Virus record (IMG/VR): IMGVR_UViG_2713896771_000019
Origin: a virus
Lineage: Duplodnaviria; Heunggongvirae; Uroviricota; Caudoviricetes
Strand: one strand, 5' to 3'
DNA: 4,952 nucleotides
Shown: one piece after another, positions 1 to 4,860 of the stretch
Numbering within the stretch: the stretch's first letter is position 1
How the letters are laid out: each line of letters begins with the position of its first letter
The notes under the pieces: model-generated
Databases searched by the model: none
Seen by the model: only the letters and a program-made list of their open reading frames with translations
Told to the model about the DNA's origin: nothing
Translations under genes and position numbers: made by a program

Positions 1-1253
1 GAACGGATGCACCCCCATAAAGCCGTGTGATTTTCCGTCTTGTTCCCGGCCTCCTCTATGCGCTCCAGTTCAGCAGGGGCGCGGGGAACGTCAATCACCA
101 CCATGGACACAATCTCTTCGCCATCGGTATCGGTGAACACCTCCACGCTTTTAAGGTCGTATGCGCTCTCTTTTGGCTCCTCTGCGTCCTTCATCTTCGT
201 ACATGCCGCCACCAGTGCTGTAACGTCTGAATTTTCCCGGCCGATTCGGTACTCTGCATCAAGCGCGGCACGGAATGCGCTGGAACCACGCGCCCCCTTT
301 GTTTCATCCTTGCCGGAATGGTGAACCACCAGCACCGTGGCCCCTGTAGCCTGCTTTATCGCGTCACACCCCTGGATAAATGCGCCCATATCACGGGAAT
401 CATTTTCATCATTCCCACCAAAGCAACGGGCCAGCGTGTCGATCACAATCAGCCGCACATTTTCGCCCGTTCTGCTCTTAACAAGTCCGGCAGTCCTGAT
501 AACCTGCTCCACATAGTCAGGCGATGCGGGAAAGACAGGCGCGTTAACGATGCACAAATCTGTAACCTCTTTTCCGTATGTTATCTCCCACGCCTTAACG
601 CGGCGTTTTACGCCCATACTGCCTTCGCCAGCGATATAGATAACAGCGCCCTTACTTACCCTGCGGCCTCCCCATGCCATACCTGTGGCAACATGGCACG
701 ACCAGGAAATAGCCAGGAACGATTTATAAGAACCGCTGGCCCCGTAGGTGCTGCATAATGACTCAGCCGGAATAAGCCCCTTAATTACGTAGCTTTGCTG
801 CGCGTCGAATCCCTCAGAACCCCATGAGATGGGAAGTGTGATTTTTCGCTTTCCACCATTCATGACCAGACTTTCCCCGCGTTCCCAGGTTTCTTTAAGT
901 CGCGGTAGTTGCTCGCTCCAGTCCTCCAGCAGTTCGAAATTCTCTGAAAGTAACCGTGCTTCCTGAACACCTGCGATCGCCAGTTTGGTGGCAATGGTCA
1001 GCATCTGCATATCGTCCAGGTTTCCGGCGCGTATGACCTTTGCTCTGTATCGTCCTTCATCAACAATCTGTAAATTGTCCAGTTCGCTTAACTGATAACG
1101 GCCCAGGTAAACCGGAGGGATGGGATCGCCTGCTTTTTTGGCCTGTGCAATCATGTAATGTTCTGCAAAGGAGTGAGCATTATCACCCGCAAAAATAACC
1201 GCCTCAGTGTGTTTATCTTTCGGTAACAGTTTTACGTTCGGTGCCAGTTTCAT
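1..1253 (-). CDS. RepA-like (AAA_25 / RecA-fold) ATPase, probable replication helicase; 3' end truncated by the window edge
   Basis: Manual translation of the minus strand from ATG at 1253-1251 gives at least 417 codons with no stop before position 1 (not in the supplied ORF track, presumably because it is incomplete). SD-like GAGGT lies 5 nt upstream, and an in-frame TAA lies 2 codons upstream of the ATG. Motifs seen: Walker-A-like GASGSYKS, Walker-B-like LIVIDTL, and VVHHSGKDETKGARGSSAFRAALD, which resembles the H-x-GK / RGSSA signature of RepA/AAA_25 helicases. The N-terminal ~150 aa has no motif I recognise. Confidence 0.7.
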   Translation of the reverse strand, partial: MKLAPNVKLLPKDKHTEAVIFAGDNAHSFAEHYMIAQAKKAGDPIPPVYLGRYQLSELDNLQIVDEGRYRAKVIRAGNLDDMQMLTIATKLAIAGVQEARLLSENFELLEDWSEQLPRLKETWERGESLVMNGGKRKITLPISWGSEGFDAQQSYVIKGLIPAESLCSTYGASGSYKSFLAISWSCHVATGMAWGGRRVSKGAVIYIAGEGSMGVKRRVKAWEITYGKEVTDLCIVNAPVFPASPDYVEQVIRTAGLVKSRTGENVRLIVIDTLARCFGGNDENDSRDMGAFIQGCDAIKQATGATVLVVHHSGKDETKGARGSSAFRAALDAEYRIGRENSDVTALVAACTKMKDAEEPKESAYDLKSVEVFTDTDGEEIVSMVVIDVPRAPAELERIEEAGNKTENHTALWGCIR

Positions 1254-1549
1254 TTTTTACCTCTGGATGCGCTGAGCATGCTTTTTATTTTCTTAATATT
1301 TTCCCGTGCTTTTTCCCTGCTGGTGGGCTTACCGCGTGTTGCGTTCTGTACCAGAGAAAAATCACGCCGGAACTGATAAACAGGCATCACGCAGTCATAG
1401 CCGTACCCATCACGGCGGTAAGTAACACACCGTCCCGCCACGCTTTTAATCGTTACAGTGCCGCCGTATTTATCTTTGAAAATATCGCCGGGGCGGATTT
1501 CAGGCCGAGAGAGGCCGCTGGCAGTAAAGCCAGAATTTTTCTGTTTCAT
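1250..1549 (-). CDS. Hypothetical small basic protein (99 aa), possible small beta-rich domain
   Basis: Complete ORF in the track. SD-like GGAGAA lies ~8 nt upstream of the ATG at 1549. Its TGA stop overlaps the ATG of the downstream ATPase (ATGA, 1250-1253), which suggests translational coupling. The motif PEIRPGDIFKDKYGGTVTIKSV...VTYRRDGY resembles small phage-associated domains of unknown function; that assignment is tentative. Confidence 0.55.
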   Translation of the reverse strand: MKQKNSGFTASGLSRPEIRPGDIFKDKYGGTVTIKSVAGRCVTYRRDGYGYDCVMPVYQFRRDFSLVQNATRGKPTSREKARENIKKIKSMLSASRGKK

Positions 1550-1554
1550 GGTTT

Positions 1555-1782
1555 TTATTCTCCGGTGTGATGCGTTTTATTATTCTCGTGAATTGCCATC
1601 ACCGTATTTAATTCGTTAATTACTGGCGTTAATAATGTGTGCACGGCAGAAAACATCATGGGATATGATTCATCGCCATTTTCCGGCACTTCCATTAACT
1701 TAAGTAATAATGCCTCCATTTCCTTTGCGCGGATTAATGCGTTTTCAGAATGAATAAGAACATCAAAAGGTATTTTATGCAT
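1555..1782 (-). CDS. Hypothetical protein (75 aa from the ATG at 1782; the ORF extends to 1818)
   Basis: The track ORF 1555..1818 starts at an ATG with no SD. The internal ATG at 1782-1780 has GGGAGA ~8 nt upstream and overlaps the upstream gene by only 8 bp, so 1782 is the preferred start. No recognisable motifs. Confidence 0.45.
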   Translation of the reverse strand: MHKIPFDVLIHSENALIRAKEMEALLLKLMEVPENGDESYPMMFSAVHTLLTPVINELNTVMAIHENNKTHHTGE

Positions 1783-2005
1783 CACACAGTTTCTCCCTGA
1801 TTCTTTTAGTGTCCTCATTGAGGATGTCTGTAGCTTTTGTCAGTGAGTTTTTGGTAATTATTTTTATTGTTTTAAATTTTCTTTTGTCGTACTCCGACTG
1901 TGATTTCTTCTCCATAATCTCTACCATGCAATTTATATCCACAAGCGCATGTATCAGTACTTTCAATGCTTCGCCTGCTGCGTCCGGCGTGTTTTTATTG
2001 CACAT
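1775..2005 (-). CDS. Hypothetical protein (76 aa), Lys/Glu-rich
   Basis: Complete ORF in the track. A perfect AGGAGG SD lies 6 nt upstream of the ATG at 2005-2003. The start overlaps the 3' end of the upstream ORF by 11 bp. No recognisable motifs. Confidence 0.5.
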   Translation of the reverse strand: MCNKNTPDAAGEALKVLIHALVDINCMVEIMEKKSQSEYDKRKFKTIKIITKNSLTKATDILNEDTKRIREKLCDA

Positions 2006-2201
2006 GATGCACCTCCTGACGAATACGGGCGGCGAATACCATCACGCAGCCATCAGGAGATTGCTGGCGGGCTTCCTGTTCGCTGGTGGCCTCGATGGTA
2101 ATCACGCGCGGCTGTGCCGTGCTCAGGGCGATAAAACGCCAGATGTATTTATTCAGGTTGTGCGAGTCCCGCCCTTGCGGGTGTGTGGTATGATTTCTCA
2201 T
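1995..2201 (-). CDS. Small protein (68 aa), putative Icd-like (P4-type host cell division inhibitor-like), first gene of the minus-strand operon
   Basis: This is the C-terminal in-frame part of the 308-aa track ORF 1995..2921. The internal ATG at 2201-2199 is preceded by GAGGT. Manual translation: MRNHTTHPQGRDSHNLNKYIWRFIALSTAQPRVITIEATSEQEARQQSPDGCVMVFAARIRQEVHHVQ. The W-x-F-x-A ... EARxx ... FAAR pattern matches my recollection of Icd-like proteins in P4-like prophages; this is unverified. Confidence 0.45.
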   Translation of the reverse strand: MRNHTTHPQGRDSHNLNKYIWRFIALSTAQPRVITIEATSEQEARQQSPDGCVMVFAARIRQEVHHVQ

Positions 2202-2296
2202 AGCTACCTCGATACTTTCGCTATCGTTGGTGGTTAGAGGCTGCGAAAGGACGGCAATCCTTTCCAGCCTCGTTTGCATTGAGTGATAGTTACTCA

Positions 2297-2377
2297 ACTG
2301 GATTCCAGTATAATCACCAAGTGGAATCCACTTCAAGCATTTTGTTTTGGTCTTTTTCGTGTATACTGGATTCCAGT
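2297..2377. promoter_or_regulatory. Divergent switch region with three palindromic operator-like sites (consensus TGGAWTCCA)
   Basis: ACTGGATTCCAGT at 2297-2309 and again at 2365-2377 are identical 13-bp palindromes. GTGGAATCCAC at 2321-2331 is an 11-bp palindrome with the same half-sites. TATAAT at 2309-2314 and TATACT at 2362-2367 abut sites 1 and 3 on the plus strand. The region lies between the divergent 59-aa ORF and the minus-strand operon. Confidence 0.5.
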
Positions 2378-2397
2378 AATCACAAAGGAAACCAGAA

Positions 2398-2577
2398 ATG
2401 GAAAGAGACCATATCAATAACAAATCACAGAAATTACAGGCTCGCGCCCCGCATGAAGTTGTTGAGGCAATGGAGCAAGTCAAAGAAACGGGCGAGAGTA
2501 CTGCGCAGTTTATCGTTACAGCCATGCGTGGCGAGATCAAACGCCGCCAGCGGCGCAAGGCCAAAGAGCAGGAATAG
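2398..2577 (+). CDS. Small basic protein (59 aa), candidate DNA-binding regulator of the switch
   Basis: Found by manual translation (below the size cut-off of the ORF track): MERDHINNKSQKLQARAPHEVVEAMEQVKETGESTAQFIVTAMRGEIKRRQRRKAKEQE. AAGGAA SD lies 7 nt upstream of the ATG. A 7-bp stem-loop (2582-2600) follows the TAG stop, and a strong intrinsic terminator lies ~100 bp further downstream. It is transcribed divergently from the operon across the operator palindromes. Confidence 0.5.
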   Translation: MERDHINNKSQKLQARAPHEVVEAMEQVKETGESTAQFIVTAMRGEIKRRQRRKAKEQE

Positions 2578-2680
2578 CCCCACCGGAATTTTTTTCCGGT
2601 TACGCTTTGCCCACCAGCCGCAAATGTGGCATTGTTGGCTATGCTCATGCGTTGGGGATAACGCGCAATTAGTGTTGAAG

Positions 2681-2709
2681 GGCCACCGTAGCGGGTGGCC
2701 TTTGTTTTG
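2681..2709 (+). terminator. Rho-independent terminator (plus strand)
   Basis: Stem GGCCACC (2681-2687), loop GTAGCG, stem GGTGGCC (2694-2700), then TTTGTTTTG. No T-run on the opposite strand. Confidence 0.7.
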
Positions 2710-2746
2710 CCTGTTATCCGGCAATTGTGGCGCTTCGTCACACGGT

Positions 2747-2755
2747 TGATATAAT
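2747..2755 (+). promoter_or_regulatory. Extended -10 promoter element TGATATAAT (plus strand)
   Basis: TGnTATAAT is matched exactly at 2747-2755. The -35 is weak (TTGTGG at 2725-2730, 19-bp spacer). No protein-coding gene follows on the plus strand. Confidence 0.4.
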
Positions 2756-2761
2756 TTCCCT

Positions 2762-2832
2762 GCACTGATCCATTTTTTTCGCAGCAGGTTAATTGTTCAG
2801 AAAGGCGGCTCATTATCGGGGCCGCTTTTTTT
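2762..2832 (+). ncRNA. Candidate ~70-nt small RNA (orphan promoter-to-terminator unit)
   Basis: Predicted start ~7 nt after the extended -10; ends at the terminator 2801-2832. There is no ATG-initiated ORF in the interval. Purely structural inference. Confidence 0.25.
2801..2832 (+). terminator. Rho-independent terminator (plus strand; weak T-run on the minus side as well)
   Basis: AAAGGCGGC (2801-2809), loop, GCCGC (2821-2825), followed by seven T (2826-2832). The stem is 9-11 bp including G-U pairs. Confidence 0.65.
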
Positions 2833-2836
2833 ATGC

Positions 2837-2866
2837 CTGAAAAACACCAATTTTGTGGTTTTTCAG
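2837..2866. repeat. Perfect 9-bp inverted repeat CTGAAAAAC / GTTTTTCAG with a 12-nt spacer
   Basis: CTGAAAAAC at 2837-2845 and GTTTTTCAG at 2858-2866 are exact reverse complements. It sits immediately after the terminator. Confidence 0.5.
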
Positions 2867-2973
2867 TTTCACCAGGCCGAACGAAGCCCCGCCCCTGTAC
2901 GGGCGCATATCCAGTATTCATGGTTAGATCTCTGTATTAGTGGATGGGTGGCGGCTGTGTGCCGCCAGCCTGA

Positions 2974-3162
2974 TTAGTGAACTGCCTCGCAGCTGTCTTT
3001 CCATGCCAGAACTTCGGATAAAGACCAGCCAACGGAACGACCGCCGAGCTTACGCCGTGATGGGAATTGTCCGGCTTTTTCCAGGCGGTACCGACATGAG
3101 CGGCTCAGGCCTGTAAGTTGCTGACATTCTTTTTCACGTATAAAGCGATCTGTGCTTAACAC
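2974..3162 (-). CDS. alpA: AlpA/Vis-family phage transcriptional regulator (62 aa, MerR-like HTH)
   Basis: Track ORF; the start codon is GTG at 3162-3160, preceded by a strong SD AAGGGGG (4 nt spacer). The motif LTGLSRSCRYRLEKAGQFPSRRKLGGRSVGWSLSEVLAW matches the AlpA-family signature (HTH ... FP ... LG.RSVGW...E...W). It lies downstream of, and in the same orientation as, the integrase, as in P4-like elements. Confidence 0.8.
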   Translation of the reverse strand: MLSTDRFIREKECQQLTGLSRSCRYRLEKAGQFPSRRKLGGRSVGWSLSEVLAWKDSCEAVH

Positions 3163-3192
3163 AATTCCCCCTTTGTTGTTTCTTAAAGAGTC

Positions 3193-3240
3193 ATTGGGTG
3201 GGTTATTGGGTTGGGTTGTGTCGGATTGTGTCAGGGTGTT
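3193..3240. repeat. G/T-rich degenerate repeats (TTGGGT x3, TTGTGTC x2) in 10-bp register, upstream of the alpA start
   Basis: TTGGGT at 3194, 3206 and 3211; (G/A)TTGTGTC at 3215-3222 and 3225-3232. The region is 30-80 bp upstream of the alpA GTG on the minus strand, so it falls in the alpA promoter region. Confidence 0.45.
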
Positions 3241-3325
3241 TATGGAATGGCAAACAGTGATGTGGTGTTCGTCGCTGAAATAGGCGCAATTAGAAAAAAA
3301 CTATTTTGATTCATTTGGATACAAA

Positions 3326-3355
3326 GGCGTAAAATTCTGCATTTACGCCTTTTTT
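3326..3355. terminator. Bidirectional rho-independent terminator between int and alpA
   Basis: GGCGTAAA (3326-3333), 8-nt loop, TTTACGCC (3342-3349), then TTTTTT (3350-3355) on the plus strand. On the minus strand the same hairpin is followed by TTTGTAT. Confidence 0.65.
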
Positions 3356-3408
3356 ACATATTTTTAAGATTGATTCGCCAATGTACAAAAAAACAGTAAA
3401 CCACCAGA

Positions 3409-3456
3409 AAATCAGACTTATAGGGAGTTAATCAGAAATAATCATAGATAATCAGA
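3409..3456. repeat. Helically phased (W)AATCAGA repeats
   Basis: ATCAGA at 3411-3416, 3431-3436 and 3451-3456, exactly 20 bp apart, with ATCATA at 3441-3446 in the same 10-bp register. Confidence 0.55.
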
Positions 3457-3457
3457 T

Positions 3458-3517
3458 TTGTTCCAGATTGTTCGCCGTTGTTCGTCGTTGTGTCTCGTTG
3501 TTTCACGTTGTGTCCGT
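3458..3517. repeat. Six tandem 10-bp repeats TTGT(T/G)(T/C)CNCG directly downstream of the int stop
   Basis: Units: ttgttccaga, ttgttcgccg, ttgttcgtcg, ttgtgtctcg, ttgtttcacg, ttgtgtccgt, contiguous with perfect 10-bp register. The array ends ~20 bp from the int TAA (3539-3541). Confidence 0.7.
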
Positions 3518-3538
3518 TCTGAAAAATCGCGAAAAAAA

Positions 3539-4789
3539 TTATATTTCTCTGGCTATTGGCAGTGTGGTTACGTTTTCGTGAGCACCTGCCAGTATCTCTA
3601 ATCGCTCTGTCCACATATCCAGCGCATTACGTTTCGCATCGATATAACGGGAGTGGTTATAGACTCGTTGCATCCCTGGCATCTGGTGAGCGGTGAGTTG
3701 TTCGACAATATGTGGATCCACGCCTAAATCGTTCAGCATCGTGGTAAACGTGCGCCGTATATCGTGTAGTGACCAGTGCGGATGGTTTAATTTTTTGTGC
3801 GTGAATCTGCCGTATTGCGACACGCTGGCTTCCTGTTTCAGTTCCCCGAGTAATAGCCCTGTGTGCCTGTTCTGCTCCACCAGCTGTGTGACGAACGGCA
3901 AAATGCTTTCCGGTATTGGCCTGAATATGGCGACCTTCGTTTTGCTGTGCTCTTTCGGTACTGTCCAGAGCATTTCCTTAAAATCCCACTCCCTGATCTC
4001 CGACAGCCTCAGTTCTCCGGTCCGGCAGCCGAACACAATCAGGAGGCGGATTAGTGCGCTGTAGTAGGGCGGGAATATTTTTTTATCCAGCGCCTGTAAT
4101 AATTCGCTCAGTTCTTTGTTGCTCAGCACGCGTTCGCTTATGCCCGGCTTTTTGCCAACGTCCACCACGTTGAGATCATCCAGAACGTTACTGACTGCGT
4201 AGCGACGTTTACGGCAGAACTTAAGCGCCTGTTTACACGCCTGCATCATGTGGCCAGATGTTACGGGTGATTTTTTGCGTATCCGGTCAAAACAGGCCAG
4301 CCAGTGACGTAACTCGCATTTATCCAGTGGCATATTGCCAATATGCTGTATGACGTGATTATTAAGGCGGCTTTTCAGGCATACGTAATCGACACGGTTT
4401 TCCTTTACGTGCATTTCCAGCCAGTAGCTGATCGCATCGCCCACCGTTACCGGCTTTAGTGCTTCCTGTATGGAGTAATTAAGCTCATGGCGTGGATTTT
4501 TTCCTTCTGCCAGCCATGCGCGACACTGTGCTGCTTTTTCCCTGGCTGCTTTCAGGCTCAGATCAGGATAATTTCCCAGTTTCAGGCGTTCCGGTGATAC
4601 CTGGCGTCCTGTTCCTGCCCTGTAGGTGAAATACCAGGTTAACAGGCCGCTGGTGGAGTGTCTGATACTCAGATTTCCACCGTCATTAAGAAAGGTGGTT
4701 TTTTGGGCTGGTGTGCCGTTGATTTTTCTTAGCTGCGTGTCGCTCAGTTTGTTAAGTGCCCTGCTCATAATTTTGAATCCGGTCATCAC
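3539..4789 (-). CDS. int: P4-family tyrosine site-specific integrase (416 aa)
   Basis: Track ORF. The N-terminal arm-binding-like region (LSDTQLRK...FLNDGGNLSIR...YFTYRAGTGRQVSPERLKLGNYPDLSLKAAREKA) resembles P4-type integrases. The C-terminal catalytic region carries the tyrosine-recombinase signatures GCRTGELRLSE, HDIRRTF and a Tyr in RVYNHSRY. The first codon at 4789 is GTG; alternative ATG starts lie at 4786 and 4768, none with a clear SD. Confidence 0.9.
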   Translation of the reverse strand: MMTGFKIMSRALNKLSDTQLRKINGTPAQKTTFLNDGGNLSIRHSTSGLLTWYFTYRAGTGRQVSPERLKLGNYPDLSLKAAREKAAQCRAWLAEGKNPRHELNYSIQEALKPVTVGDAISYWLEMHVKENRVDYVCLKSRLNNHVIQHIGNMPLDKCELRHWLACFDRIRKKSPVTSGHMMQACKQALKFCRKRRYAVSNVLDDLNVVDVGKKPGISERVLSNKELSELLQALDKKIFPPYYSALIRLLIVFGCRTGELRLSEIREWDFKEMLWTVPKEHSKTKVAIFRPIPESILPFVTQLVEQNRHTGLLLGELKQEASVSQYGRFTHKKLNHPHWSLHDIRRTFTTMLNDLGVDPHIVEQLTAHQMPGMQRVYNHSRYIDAKRNALDMWTERLEILAGAHENVTTLPIAREI

Positions 4790-4790
4790 A

Positions 4791-4814
4791 ATTAACTACA
4801 CCATTAACTACACC
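4791..4814. repeat. Perfect 12-bp tandem duplication ATTAACTACACC x2, immediately upstream of the int start
   Basis: Copies at 4791-4802 and 4803-4814 are identical and abut the int start codon region (4786-4789). Confidence 0.7.
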
Positions 4815-4830
4815 GATCATTGCACAAGGG

Positions 4831-4860
4831 GGTACAACGTGGAACAAGCTGGAACAAGAA
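4831..4860. repeat. Three tandem 10-bp repeats GG(T/A)ACAA(C/G)NT upstream of int, the inverse of the array downstream of int
   Basis: Units ggtacaacgt, ggaacaagct, ggaacaagaa. Read on the minus strand they give CTTGTTCCAG / CTTGTTCCAC / GTTGTACC, sharing the 9-mer TTGTTCCAG (plus 3458-3466; minus 4857-4849) and CACGTTGT (plus 3504-3511; minus 4841-4834) with the 3458-3517 array. Confidence 0.65.

Noticed and set aside
27-758. Plus-strand ORFs 27..230, 40..324 and 318..758
   Set aside because: They are antisense to the long, motif-bearing ATPase reading frame. No SDs are evident and the composition is biased in a way typical of shadow ORFs.
1241-1570. Plus-strand ORF 1241..1570 (109 aa)
   Set aside because: It is the antisense shadow of the 99-aa minus-strand ORF, which has an SD and an ATGA coupling to the ATPase.
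1555-2005. Possible paralogy between the 75-aa and 76-aa proteins (shared VLIH and E-ME motifs)
   Set aside because: Similarity is limited to two short motifs and cannot be aligned without multiple gaps; it is within chance for two 75-aa sequences.
1809-2237. Plus-strand ORF 1809..2237 (142 aa)
   Set aside because: It is antisense to three minus-strand ORFs that each have a strong SD and coupled start/stop overlaps.
2279-2749. Plus-strand ORF 2279..2749 (156 aa) and minus-strand ORF 2434..2724 (96 aa)
   Set aside because: Both span the operator region, a terminator or the 59-aa gene in the wrong frame or strand. Neither has an SD and both have Cys-rich, low-complexity translations.
2793-2840. 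TTG-initiated 15-codon peptide inside the candidate sRNA
   Set aside because: It has a rare start codon, a weak SD, and the frame runs through the terminator stem. There is no support for it as a coding sequence.
1995-2921. 308-aa minus-strand ORF from the track
   Set aside because: It runs antisense through the 59-aa gene and across two strong terminators and the operator region, and its N-terminal 240 aa are low-complexity and Cys/Trp/Arg-rich. Only the C-terminal 68 aa from the internal ATG at 2201, which has an SD, are taken as a gene.
3411-3456. IHF binding sites
   Set aside because: Only the ATCAR half of the WATCAANNNNTTR consensus is matched; the TTR half is absent in all copies.
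3409-3517. Possible CRISPR array suggested by the short tandem repeats
   Set aside because: The units are 10 bp, contiguous and degenerate, with no unique spacers and no 28-37 bp repeat structure. This is not a CRISPR array.
3432-3614. Minus-strand ORF 3432..3614 (60 aa)
   Set aside because: It overlaps the 3' end of int in another frame and extends into the decamer repeat array; the repeat sequence generates the open frame.
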